DNA of 64,000 bases from Klebsormidium nitens (Eukaryota > Plantae > Klebsormidiophyceae), in contig DF237359.1 of NCBI GenBank assembly GCA_000708835.1, forward strand, positions 19,202 through 83,201, in the 5' to 3' direction. The notes beneath the pieces were generated by a model that was not told the origin of the DNA, did no database searches, and saw only the letters and a program-made list of their open reading frames with translations. This document shows, in pieces, positions 45,201 to 57,960 of this stretch. A program made the translations under genes and the position numbers. Numbering within the stretch: position 1 is the stretch's first letter; each line of letters opens with the position of its first letter.

Positions 45201-46497
45201 GCGGATTTTGAGTCTTTCCATGCACCAATCGTTCGTCCCCGTCATTCGGGCAGCCTTGAGCGCCGGCGCATCGAAGCACCATGATTTGCTTTCCCAGTTC
45301 CGGTCCCCCTTTTGTTGGTCTACTCATTGTGTTAGGTGAACATTAGTGTGAATGGACCTAAGAAGACGCGCACTTGGAGAGGGCGACGAAAAAACACCGC
45401 AAGGATCCCACAAATCATTTTTGCAAATTTGTATTTTCGAGCAGATTTGTGTCATTCTTCGCCATTTTCTGAGCTCGAGTTGTTCTTATGGAGCCGAGAG
45501 GCCTGCTGTCATCGTTGACATTCTGGTGCGCGGATCGGTTCTGCCCAGCCCTGTTCGATCCCTTCCGGTAGCTCAAATTTGAGATTCTCTGACGTGATTT
45601 GCAACAGCAGAAAAATTGGCAGAATGCGCCGGGTACTCCTTTTGCAATCCGCGTTCTGAGGATTTTCGACATGAGGTGCAAGATCCGAAGACGTGGCCGA
45701 ATACTTGGTGCATTCTTTTGGAGAGCCGCGTTTGTAAGGCTGTTCGACGTGAGTTGCAAGAACCGAAGAAGTGGCAGAATGCGTCGTGTACTCGTTTCAG
45801 ACGCCGCTTTCTTGGGGTGTCGACGTGATTTGCAACAGCCGAAGAAGCGGCAGAATAGAAGCGTACTCCCTTGAGGGGCCCTGGACTGAAATGGATACGA
45901 CAATGTGTAAGTCTTAGTAGAGTCAACAAATTGTGTCTCTTGTTTTCAGTCCGCTGCGAACTGAAGCTATTGCTCTACCTGCTTCGGTCGCGGGCTCTAA
46001 GCGTTGAATTAACAAGATCAGATGATCCGATGTGGCAGGTCGGACTTCTGTGTATGGATCCCTTCGAGTGTTTCAAAACAGCGACGGCGACCTTCGGCCC
46101 CTGTTTCAGGGACTGTTTGCCTCCTTCATCTTCCTTTCTTTTCTGCCTTCCTCACCCCATGCTCATCTCCTCTGGAGACTTTTCAGGTACAAGCCTAAGC
46201 CTGAGTGCAAAAAAAGCTGCGATTCGTTGGCAAGTAGCTCAGATGTAACTACGTGTGGCTACGGCGATATTCTACTGGAGTTGGAACGTCTGCAGTTGCT
46301 CCTCGTCACTACCTCAGGGACTGCATTCTGTTAGGCTTGATGCTTTCATTTCGTGTTTGCGCAGACCTCCGGATACAGGTGACGAGTGCGAATTTTCAGA
46401 AGCATTCCCCTTCAGAGACAAGGTTGTGAAGATAGCCAACGTTGACCAAGTGGTGTCCTTGTGCAGGGCTCTGAAAGAGAAGGGTGACGTGCTATGA
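42284..46497 (+). CDS. Small secreted Cys-rich protein, DUF4787-like, 121 aa
   Basis: Exons 42284-42409 (MACKSCHGRALVSQTVVLVLLLLLSDISSVDAKKKSYKGTYM), 43206-43255 (EKGVRLLRDDCELSIQ), 44411-44510 (TGGPCMTSSINKENCILRCMNPECYEQVYGLDS), 45092-45150 (LEEGEVDARRGKDFRMCVR) and 46467-46497 (ALKEKGDVL*). The C..SS..KENC.LRC..P.CY..Y..D.LEEGE.D..R...F..C pattern matches the plant family as I recall it. Confidence 0.85.
45585..45875. repeat. Four degenerate ~80-bp tandem units in the last intron of the DUF4787-like gene
   Basis: The core '(t/g)tcgac(g/a)tga.ttgcaa.a.ccgaaga..(t/c)ggcagaat...gtactc' occurs at ~45590, 45665, 45745 and 45820. Confidence 0.85.
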
Positions 46498-48109
46498 GAG
46501 TCGTGGGGACGAAGTGGGAGTCGTGCGACGCCATGCTGCCAGATCGACCTTCACGTGTCCCAATAAACTACGGGACGGCTGCCACGGGGCTGCCATCGCG
46601 AGTTGTATGAGGCGGCTTCCACCTCAAGCGGTTGCGGATGGCAGGCTGCGGGTGCCATACTACTGGTAACACCTACCTGTACGATAAATGGGTGCCATTG
46701 TACATGATAAGTGCAACCTCGTTGCATCCCTGGCGTACCAGTATTTGAACTGGTCACTACCTCAATGATGAAGGTGCCTAGTGATTGTAGCACCGGAGCT
46801 TCGACAATCTTGCGACGACAACGCCACTAGCTGGACATTCTGCGTTATTATGGCTGGTCCAGTACGTCTTGTGTTCAAATGCGTCGTCATTTTGTATCCC
46901 TGCGCCCAAGCCGTGTATTGAAAAGCGTCCGATGTTATAGGATCAACTGCATAATGTAGCACTTGCTAAATTCGTAGAGGGTCAAATTTGCTGGAAAGAC
47001 ACTGAGAATTTTGCGTTGTTTTGTCAATATTATGCATAAAGGAGCATTGGCTGCCCCAGAGCTCAAGCGCCGTGTAGCACCTAAATTGTGCTCAGTGGCA
47101 CATGGTAGACTTGATAATCCTTGTTAAAGGGATTCGATCCGGAGTTGAATCCTTTCAGGCAATCAGAATGGACGGGTTGACGTACCTTGAGAACGACCGG
47201 ACTCACGGTACTGAGTTGCATATACCATACGTAAGGACGACAAGCGGAATCCGGGATATACTTCCTATGAGTCCGGCGATCATCGCTGCCCTTGCCGGTA
47301 AATCATCCTTTCAAGTTTGCGGACTTCAATCTGGCAACTTAGTTGTGGGGAGTCGTGCATGCACTCGATTGTCTTCATGAGAGGTGAGACATGGACGAAT
47401 ATTTGCTGTCGGACGGTCAGTGATATGTTTGACCGTCTGAGATCTCTTTCTGGCTCTGGCGCGGCCGCCCCTGACGCACTACCGAGCCGGGTCTCATGAC
47501 ATCATGAGGTCCAGGCCGCCGACGGCGATGGCGATGACTAGATAAGTTGAACATAATATGTTGGAGAGATCCAATCGGTTAGAACCGGTGCATTCGACTG
47601 TCAATGGCGTTCGTGCATTCGTACACTCTAGCTATAACGGGTGATAGAAACGCCACATGAATGAGCGGACGTCCCGGCCCGCCAAAAAACAAGGCAGACG
47701 GGGGCCGGCTCTCGCCAATCTCGGTGCAATGATACGTGGTAATACGGCATGACAAACTCATGAACTCGCGGTCGATGAGTCGAGACTCGAAGCGGCTCAG
47801 TGCATGCCATGTCGAGCTAGCCCTTGCGCCGGCGCGCGGACCGGCCCGGCTGGGCGACCGTCGGGGGCGACCGCCGCGCAGTCCCTGGGGCAAAAGGGAC
47901 AATCTACACTATTATATTAGTGTCTCCGGTCGATCTGTCAGTAAATACTAGTAAATACTCGCACAGGGCGTCAATCTGTGCAGGCATTGGTTAATGGTCT
48001 GACACATGGTCTGTTTGCTTGGATGCGGGACTCCGGTCCTCTTTGACCGGGTACCGGCATGGTACCGAGCTACTTCCCGGGGAACTCTCAGTTTTCCCGG
48101 TGACACTGC

Positions 48110-48360
48110 AAATTGCACAGTCACTGCCTTTTCAGTCACAGTCACACTTACAGTCACAGTCTAGGTACCTAGGCAGTGTCCAGTGTCAAGAGTCACAGTA
48201 TGAGTCACAATTGGTTTCCGGCAGGTAAAAAACGCCACTGTTGACGATTACAATCTAGGTTTAATACTGTCTCAGTCTCAGTCACAGTCGGAGTTACAAG
48301 TCTCAACCACAGTCACAGTGTCAATTATAAAAACCAAAGTTACAGTCACAGTCACCGGAT
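48110..48360. repeat. Degenerate (ACAGTC)n-rich low-complexity tract with a central palindrome CTAGGTACCTAG
   Basis: Repeated cacagtc/tcagtc/ttacagtc units, read directly. Confidence 0.75.
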
Positions 48361-49369
48361 AACCGTATTAGGTAGCTCAAAAAGATTCAAACCTGATTGA
48401 CACAGGAAGGTTCGGCTGTCGTCCAGCTACCCGGCCGGCGATAACAAGTGCCTGGATGACCGCTGTGCAGGTGTGGTACCTACCGGCCAGCATCATAGAT
48501 CTGTTCATTTATGGTCGCGGCACAGGAGGGTGTTAACACAGAAGAATTTCCGGAGACACTAATATATTAGTGTACTTTGTCCTACTTGCGTCACTGGGCC
48601 CGCCGTCCGGGCGGCCGCGCCCCCTCGTGACAAAGCCTGCCAAGCTAGCTAGCATGGGCCGACGCCGACAGTGACGGTCGGTGAGTCATGGCAAAGCGGA
48701 TCTTGGCAATTATTTTTCGGTCGCCGCATATTGCTTGGAAAAGGCAGCCCATATTGCGCCACGTGAGCCCTGTGGTCAGGCAGGGCTTCTGATTGGACCA
48801 GACTTCATGAGCAATATGTACCAACAAAATTGGTGACGAAACTTCATCACCACGCAATTAAACGCCGCCGCATCCAGCAGCAAATTTCGGGACGTTATCT
48901 TGAAGCTGGCCGGTGCGTACCGCATCCTTGGGCCCCGGTCTGTACCATTTCATACCCCGGCTGTTTCCGCAAACCGGGGCGACGATACCTACCTTAGAAG
49001 TTGAAACCTGTTACGGTATTTCAAACAGAGGGAATCCTACCGGCCATCAGACGAGTGTTTTCGTTACAATCTTGACATTCTCGGGAGTCGGTACAGCATC
49101 CCGATAAAAAATGTGACCCCGGTTGCGCTTTTGTGCAACCAGAGTCTAGAACCGCGAGTCGCGACCTGGATTGAATCCAGAGGTCGAGGTACATTTTCAA
49201 GTAGGTACTTCTTCAGGGTGCCAATCATTGTTGATGATTGCGATGATCCGAGATCGGCCCTGAGTACGTACCGGCAATGTGGGCCTGCTATAGCCTATAC
49301 TGTGATTGGCAGAGCCTGAGGAACGTCAAGCATGTCAAGACCGGATCATGCTACCTATCGGTGTTGTGA

Positions 49370-49572
49370 GGTAGGTACCTCCTAGATACCGGTACCCCGG
49401 GTACCGAGTACCTGCAAAAGGTACGGTACTACAAGTACTAACGTTGGGTTGGTACCTGGGTATCAATTTTAAAAGGTACCCAACGCTTGAACGGTGGGGC
49501 GCGTCGTTTTTGGCCCCCAGCATGGTAGGTAGGTACTTGTTGAGTGAGTACTCGTCACGCTGGCAAGTACTC
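49370..49572. promoter_or_regulatory. Dense GTAC-motif cluster (12 copies in ~200 bp) upstream of amidase B; possible SBP/SPL-type element or repeat relic
   Basis: Motifs counted directly. The regulatory role is inference only. Confidence 0.3.
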
Positions 49573-52500
49573 ATGTGACGCCGTCGAGATAGTGCCACCT
49601 CACGCTGAGCTCATGAAGCCCCAAAAGAGCATCTTTTTATGCAATTCTCTCAACCTTGTCACCTCCAGCGGGCACCAACAAGTTGCACACTGTGAGTGAC
49701 CCAGGTCCCTAGGCTGGTACCTCGTGCCAGCCTCTGCTTGCTCTCGAGTCTCAACCTTCGACCCATGGAACTGCATGGCCGGATATTACTTCAAAAGTCC
49801 ACTCCGGGCAGTAGACCTACAAAGATCACTGATTCCTTGCGTTCAATCCTGGAGCATGGACATTCTAGCCGGATTGGTTCCCGCTTCCCAGGCCCCGGCT
49901 TGAGCGGCGTTTGGTGGGTTCCCCGGATTACGAGGGAACGTTTTTCCTTCTAGGCCTCTCGATAGGATCGCTCGAGTCTCGACAAACAGTACGTAGCTGA
50001 TCATCTACGATCGGCGCAGGGGGGGGCGCTGTCTGCAAGGCCCGGCAGCGCCCCCCAGACTAGAGGAAGCCTTTTGGCAGGCGTCAAATTGCTGTTATAT
50101 TACACCACTTCTTATGCCCTTGCTGGTACATGTGTCTCCAACTTAACCTTCAGCTGCGGGGTGCACGTGCACGTCATGTGCAGCTTACGGTAGTAGGTGC
50201 CCGTCTAGTTTGTGGTGCATATAAGTCAAGGCTGCACAGAGTTACCGCGGCTTATGTGAGTTAGTCGGAGTTAGTTCCTAACCTCCTAACAGCTCGTCTT
50301 CAGTTACTGCTAGGCACACAGATCTGCATATACCTCTGCATACGGATCATAACCAGGTACTTTTATTACTCAATCTTGATCGCCGTCTAGGTTTGACCAG
50401 TGCAGAAAGTATCTCAGCTGAACATCGTTAGCTCGTTAGCTGGCTAGCTGGACTCCCAAGCTGGTGAACGTTTTACAGCGTGACACGTGCCACATGTGCT
50501 TTCGAGAAGGCCCAATCATTTGAGATTGATCGGTCCGCCGCAGCTGCTCACAAAGCAGTGCCAGTCGGGCAAAGGTTCTATGAGATCGTGACTGTCTTGA
50601 GACGAATCCTGTATGCGGCCCAGATTGAGCTCAGCTTGGCCGGATATAAATGTCGTGGCAGCATTCTGCTAGTTCATTGCTTCTCATCATTCCCTGCGGT
50701 TCGAGGCTAGAACCGTCATTCCCAGCTCCTTCTCAAGAGTCAAGCCCATTCACTGCTCGATTTGACCAGCTCCCTGGATCGACTTGATCCACTTTAAAGC
50801 TCATCGGTCCGATTCACAATCCAGCCAAAGAGGCGCCTTTCTCAGCGAGGGTACCCGGAGAAAAGGCGGTCCTGCTGATCTGACCAGCGGTGCTTGCTGA
50901 CGTCATCCTTGGCGCACCACCACTCAAAGCTGCAGCGTGATTACGTCAGCAAGATGGCGGTGCTCCGAGGTGAGTGCTTTGCATCTGGCGGCAATGCAAA
51001 AAGATGGCTTTTCAAGGACCGAGAATTGAGAACCAGTTACGTCTCAGCTGGCTTTGCGCAAACACAGGGATCCCTGAGGTTTGTTTGAGGGCCGTTTAAA
51101 TCCCTTTTCACTTTCAGCTGCTTTTCAGATCAACAGCTTTGCTCTTCCTGCAAGGGTGCGCTCCACGGCTGTTCTTTCAGCTTGTTTGTCGCCGGGAGGA
51201 TCGTTGAGGTGGTGCAACTTTGTCAATCCACTCAAGTCTCAGCTCGTTGTTATATCTGCAAACTTTGAGCTCAGCTGTTGTGCTTGTGATCAGCTAGATT
51301 CGAGGAGAACCTCAGCATTGCAGGAGTCTGGTGGTATCCTGATCCATGTTCTGAGCTGCTTCTTCAGGTTGATTTGGGAAGCCGAATTGTGACATTCTGT
51401 TCCGAGTCTCACCAGCACATTCACCATTTTCTTCTCACTAACCATCAACGATCCGACAGCTCTACTTCAGAAAGATTCCGATATCACTTCTTATTTATGC
51501 AACTGTTGGATCTGACGTCTCTGACTACTTGCTCACTTCAAGTTGCTTTGTGAGCTGGGCTTTTAGCTTACTTTCTGTGAGGAAGTTCAGTGCCTGAGTG
51601 CGCATTTGTCCATGAAACGCTGCAGACAAGTCTGACCCTTCAGCGTTACACACACCAGATCCTCAAACCTTCAATGTCGCTCTTTGATCCACTCACGGTT
51701 CCCACCTTTGAGTCCCCAGATCAATGACACCAATAACTTTGATACTGCTTGTCCAATACCTGCTAAGGTCACGTTGTACTGATGGCAATCCTCTCTGATC
51801 TATGTCTTTAGCTGTGGTCTTCCTTCTCTAGCCCAGGATTGCCTGTGCTAGCAAATGGCATGTACCAAAACACACTTGTTGAGATGGCACCGGCAGTGTG
51901 CTTGCACCTTGATCCAGATCCTGAAAAGCAAACCCTTTGAGCAATGCCTTGATGCCTGTTGTTGCCTTACCTGTTCTCTTCCAATAGCGTGTGTTGCCTG
52001 CTTTCTTTGGACCTTCCTCAGACATGAGGAGTTTGTATTCTCCTCTCTCCGCATCTGATCTCACAGGAATCTCAGCACTTACAGACGCCTGCGGCTGTGA
52101 TACCTTTTCTTTAACCCTCCGCTTATTTCTTTGCTGCTTGCGCTGAGGTCATCATCTGAGCAACAAAAGTTCCACCGATGTCAAGCCCTTTCTGCCATAG
52201 CTTATGCCCAAACCATCGCTTATCTTCCTGCAGCCTTTCCCCTGCTCCTGCTGCTGGCGCTGACGTCATCGGTGTCAGCGGGACGTGTTCTGCTCCAGTC
52301 CTGCCCTTCCACGGGAAGCACGTGCTACACCGCTGGGGGTACTACCGGTTACTGCTGCCCATCAGGTGGGTTAATACTAACCTCGCAACCTCAGAAACCT
52401 TATGCTGGATGAGTTTGGATCGAGTTTCCACATCATCTTACTGCCAGCGACGCAGCTACATAGATTTATGAAATTAGAAGGGTCCTCGACGATCCTTTAC

Positions 52501-55500
52501 CTCTGCCCATCTTGTGGGTTGAGCGTTGAATACCTGCAACTAGTTTAAGGCTATTGATAAGAAACCTAGAGATTGCAATGCTGTGAATCCGAACAGACGG
52601 CTCTAACGTTACCCATGCTGCCCTGCCAGTAACCATTCTTCTTGCACTTCATAATCAACCGTTTCTCTTGAGGACCAACTTTCCATAACGTGATCTCACC
52701 CGCGACAGATTTTTCGCTCATCCCTGCCCCTCTTAAGTTCTCTTACATTCCCCCAGTGAATAGCTTACCACATTCTAGCTCACACCCTTTTCGTACCCCC
52801 CTCAGGCTTCAACTGCTTCTCCAGCGCTACCTTCACGTGCTACCCCGCGTCTGCGAGCTACCCCTCCGACCCGTCAACCGCGGTCAGCAACGGGTTTGTT
52901 GCCGGGTCACCCCCCGCCCCCGCCCCGAGCACCGGCGCAAGCCCCCCCGAGGGATCCCCCCCTGAGGGGAGCCCTGTCGCCCCCGGACCGGCCCCCGACG
53001 GTTCCAGTGAGTTTTCTAAACCCAGCTAAAAGTAGAACGGACTCAGCTTCGACCTTTTTGAGATCCGCCTGAGACGTCCTTCTCTCCGTCCGTTCTTCTT
53101 GAAGCTCGAAGGTCCTTGACGCTGTTGGAATTTGAACTGCCGTACTCACTACTGTTGAGTAATTGGGACAGAACAAATCTACTCTTCTCATTCAGTATAC
53201 AGCGAGTCTATTGCAACTCTCTGAAGATTTGAGACAGCTCGTCGCTGACAGTAAGAATTCTTGTTCCGCCCCTCATGCCGGATCTCCACACGAGGCCTCC
53301 CCTAAGGAAAATTTCGACACCACCAGAACCGCGCCCACAAACCTTTGCAGCCGAATGGTCTTAGTATTCTCTGCTTAGCTATTGCCCCAAGTTCTCTTCA
53401 TTCCAAAGGCTGTTAGACCTTTTTCTTTCGCTTGACACCATCCTTGTGCGCCCTTTTTACTCGGACCTGTTCTTCATCGCCTGCGGTCTTCCTATATCGC
53501 ACCTTTGCATTCGAGTATAAATTTCGAGTTTTACGAGTCCTATTCTACCATTTCTGAGTTCCTCAATCCCGTCGTTCCGTTTCGCAGGCGCCATCGGTAT
53601 TCCTCTGTCCGGCGGATCGTGCACCTCCTCCGGCTACCCGTCGACCTGCACCACCGCCGACGGTTCCGCCCAGTACTGCTGCCCCACCGGAACCGGATGC
53701 TTTTCCTCTTCCACCTTCACGTGCTTTGCCTCGAGCGGAACCGGAACGTACCCCACGACCCCGACCAACTTCGACTGCTCGCAAGTCGTCGAGCTGACGA
53801 TTGACGCCGCGCAAGCGCTGTTCAAGAGCGGCCAGCTGACGTCACGCTCGCTCGTGTCTTGCTACCTGCAGCGGATCGCGGATTACGACAACATCGGAAC
53901 GTTCAAGGGACTCGTAAGTGGTTTATTCGCCCTATCCAATCCCCGGATTCTTCGCCCCGGTTCCGTTCTTCACATGTTCTGCTTGGATGGAACGCACTCT
54001 TCCTCTATGGGCAGTTTATAGTCTCTGTGGGTATCCATCATCGTAAACGTTTCCCGAGAGTTCGCTTATATGCGCCCTCTCGACGTCTGGCCTTCGTCGT
54101 GTCTTAAAATGGCTTCCATCATAGGCGCCTGCACCGTTACATATACCGAAGTACTCCCGATAGAGAACAGAGCCTCTCTCAAAGATTTGTGATGACAAAC
54201 CGTGAGTTCGGAGAAGAAAAATGGGGATTCAGGAAGAATATTAAGGTCGCGTTTTCTGCTTTTGGGCCCCTTTCTTCGAGTAGAAGAGTTCCTGCACATT
54301 TTGATCTTATAGCTCAGCCCGGATGGCTTGAGCTGACGCCTGAATAGGATAAGTGAGCGGTTCCGAAGTATCTTCCTCTGTTCGCTTTAGATGTATATTC
54401 CCTCATGTTTTCTGCGCAGACCGCTTATGCCACCAACTCCGTTCTGGAGCTTAATCCGACGGCCCTGGCTGATGCTGACGCGAAGGACATCGAGCGCGCG
54501 GCGTGCGCGCCCAACTGCAACCTCAACAAGCTGCACGGAATTCCGGTCATCCTCAAGGACAACGTCTGCGCGGACGGAATGGAGTGCACCGCTGGTGAGC
54601 AAGCTATTTCAGCCAAGCATACGTTTGTGTCACAATACCTTTCTTCCAACAGTTGCGAGATCGTCGGTGAATCGATTGTCTCGTTCTGGCCCTTCACTAG
54701 CTTCCGCTCTCATTCCGCTCGGCTTTTGCAACTTGGCAGCGCCGGATGCCGCGCGCAAAGACCTCTGTCGCCCGGAACGTTCAAAGTGATTGGCCACTTC
54801 TTAAATCTTCACAAAGCCTTTGTTCTCTGTGGTCCGTTTGCGTTTGAGCCGTTGATTCTGGTGGCTCTCGCCATGTGGAATTCCACCTGACGGCCGGAAC
54901 GAACTTTAAGTGTATTTCTCCCTCGCGGAAAGCCTGCTTTTAGATTCCGGTTCTGTTCATTCCCTCAAGGTCCCGGCCGGGACTCTCGTGGGCTCCTACC
55001 ACGCTGCCGAAATAGACAGCAAGTATGTATTCTAAGAAGGGCACTGTTTTTCAAAAGTCCGGTTCCTTTCTTTCCGCTCAGGGTCCTGGAATCTGGTGGG
55101 CTCCCACCACGCGGAAGCCTACCTCGCGACCGGAATCAAGAACGCGGGCGGAATCATTCTCGCCAAGGCGGGCCTCTCGGAGTGGGCTAACTACCGCGGC
55201 AGCTCTGTCTCCGGCTGGTCCGGCCGGGGCGGGCAGGTCTACGTAAGCGTGACGCCACGCTGATGTCCACGATTCTGTCAACATTGAGGTGCATGATAGG
55301 CTGAAGGCAAAATCTCATCCCTGTATGGGTGGCATGAAACGCGTCGGTCCCCAGCATCTTGCCGTGTTGGCGACTACATTAGCGACCCATCTTGCTGACG
55401 TCACCAGTCTCGTCATTCTGTGTGTCACTATCTTTCAGCAACTCGCCAGCCCCAACTTGCTAAGCCGCAGTGTCTCATTTTTTAACACGTCCTGGTCCAT

Positions 55501-57469
55501 TGGGCGCTTTGGTATCCGTTTTGTGGCAACCCGTCTTTCAATCGTCCAGCAAACCAGTCAATGAGATTTTCCGTCTTGCTCTCACTCTCACATTTGCATA
55601 TCGTAAAAACTAGCGTTGGTATCTTCCGTACAGGATCCGTACGTCCGCTACTCCATCGGAAACCAGATCACGATCAACAACCCGTACCCCGACATTCCCT
55701 CTGCGCTTCCCGTCAACACCACTTACTTCAACTACTCCAACCCGGGAATCGTCTCCGGGAGCTCTTCCGGTTCCGCTGTCGTTGCCGCAACTAGCTTGGT
55801 GAGAGAACCTCGGTCACTATTATTTTCCTTCCAATCGCTAGTTAGGTTCCTCGCAGCAGGCAGCAGACCCGATAAGCTTCCTCTGACAGCTTGCGGGGTT
55901 GTCATCCTCGAATGATTTGAACCCGGGTACTAGTGCCGAACTTATCTTTGCTTTCTTGAGTCGTACCTAGCAGTAATGCTTGAGCAGAACCGCTTCTGAG
56001 GCAGAGAGGAGCAGTGGTCGGGCGTCTTACAAAACCCTGCTTCCGGCAATTCTTGTCAGTCATCCTCTGTAAGAACTACCTGACGAGAGGCCAATCCCAA
56101 ATACCCGGGAACGGAGGATAGAGACCGAAACGCAAATAAAATGTTAACGGATAACAATAAGATTTACGAACGTTGATCTGACCATGAGGGTTTCCCGTAT
56201 GCTGTGCAGGCGATGGTAACCATCGGCTCCGAGACGAGCGGATCGATCCTGAGCCCCAGCGGAGCGAACGGAATCGTCGGGATCAAGCCCACCGTGGGTC
56301 TCGTCAGCCGTGCCGGCGTCGTTCCGCTGTAGGAGTCCCAGGACACCGCCGGGTGAGCGGCAACGCGATAGAACCTACATTCTTTCGCGATTCGTAGATC
56401 CTAGCACAAGTAGATCACGTTTTACCAGCTCTGCTGATATTTAAAATTCGTAAAAGGCGAGACGCCCACGCTTCAAGACGGCGCAGCCAGAAGATAGACT
56501 AACCTTTGCTAGTTCCTGGTGCTCAAAGGAGAGCTTGAGCAAAGACTCTGTACTGCAGGACAGTATTAGTTCGCCCCTAGTACGGGCGGATTCGATGCCT
56601 ATGCCCTTATCTCAGTTTGTTTTTGAGATAGGTTTCGAATGACCTATGTTAATTGTCCCAACCCGCATTTTGGACCCAGAAGAACTCGTGTGTCTGAATA
56701 GCATCAAGTCTCGAATGTCAGACCCCCAAGTCACTGGTTGATCTCGCAGGCCCGTAAAGTTGACGGACGCTATGTGCCTTTTGGGTTTTGTTCGTTTCAA
56801 TACTCTTTCTCCATGAAGCAATATAAAACCTCAATCTTCAGAGAAGCGACGGATCTCAGCCGTCCGATGCTCAGATAAACGGTCCGCTGTGCAGGCCCAT
56901 GTGCCGGACGCTGACGGACGCCGTGTACCTTTTGGACACCATCACGGGCGTCGATCCGAACGATGCGTACACCAACGGACAAATCGTGCCCGCGGGCGGC
57001 TTCACACAGTTCCTCAAGACGACGGGCCTGCAAGGTGTGAACGCGCTCGTGGACTCGTTGACAGTGCCTTCTTTCCCGTGCCCCTGGCTCAGATGCTCCC
57101 GCAGGGAGCGAGTGGGAGTAGCAGGATGTGAATGCGCTCTCTCGATCGAAAGACATTTGTATGAATCGTGTACGTCACAAATCAAAATGACGAACGCTGT
57201 CGGCTTTCATTCGCAGGCAAGAAGATTGCGTTCAACCCCCTCAACCCCAATACCACAGACCCGGTTCTCCTTGCGGGCTACAACGCCGTCCCTGACATCC
57301 TCAGGTACGTTTGATTTTCAGCGCTCTAGCTCCCGCCCTCCATTTCCATCTCTAGAATCCCAGTCTTTTCCCTGTAGTTTTTAGCGTAAGTGCGTCGTCT
57401 GCTTTGGCAAGGTTCAGGGGTAAAATGTGGTCACATTTCGATCTGTTTCATTCTCGTTTACGTTTGTAG

Positions 57470-57960
57470 ACCCAGGTGCATAGGGCTCAAGGCGCCACCG
57501 TGGACGTGCGTCTGGTTCCGTTTCGATTTCCGTTTCCGTTTCCCTTTATTTTTCCGTTCCCTTTCTTCCGGTCTTCTCGAGCCCGGACAGGGCAATCTCT
57601 AACTCAGGCCTTACCCCTGGTTGATTAAGGTCAGGGCGCCACCGTAGACTTGTTTCCTTATTCCCTTTCCGTTCTCTTTTCCAATTCCGTTCTCTTTCCA
57701 ATTTTGAGAACAGTATTGGTTATTCTGCTCACACAAAACTCATCTCCGGGTGCACATGCAGATCTCAGGGCGCCACCGTGGACGTGCTTTCGGTTCCGGT
57801 TCCGGTTTCGTTTCCGTTTTCCGGGATGTTTCATTGGGCTCATTCAAAAATCTGCTTCTGGTGCACATGTAGGGTGCAGGGCGCCACCGTGGACGCGCTT
57901 CCGTTTCCTTTTCCATTCCGTTTCCGTTTCCGTTTCCGCCTTTTAAAAGTTCCGGCCTCG
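57470..57960 (+). repeat. Four intronic copies of the acceptor plus start of amidase B exon 11, each trailing into (TTTCCG/TTCCGG)n
   Basis: 'gcgccaccgt(g/a)gac' occurs at ~57492, 57636, 57770 and 57881, and in the real exon at 58001. Confidence 0.92.

Noticed and set aside
51540-52064. Ty1/copia reverse-transcriptase remnant in amidase B intron 1 (…RYWKRTGKATTGIKALLKGFAFQDLDQG…)
   Set aside because: Only a vague resemblance to the copia KARLVAKGF region. No YVDD or other diagnostic motif, and no LTR or TSD seen. It needs a profile search before being called.
56330-56332. Programmed recoding of TAG (pyrrolysine, readthrough or alternative code)
   Set aside because: The paralog has Ser (TCG), one substitution away. 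TAG is used as a normal stop in the window (Alba), and no recoding signal is evident.
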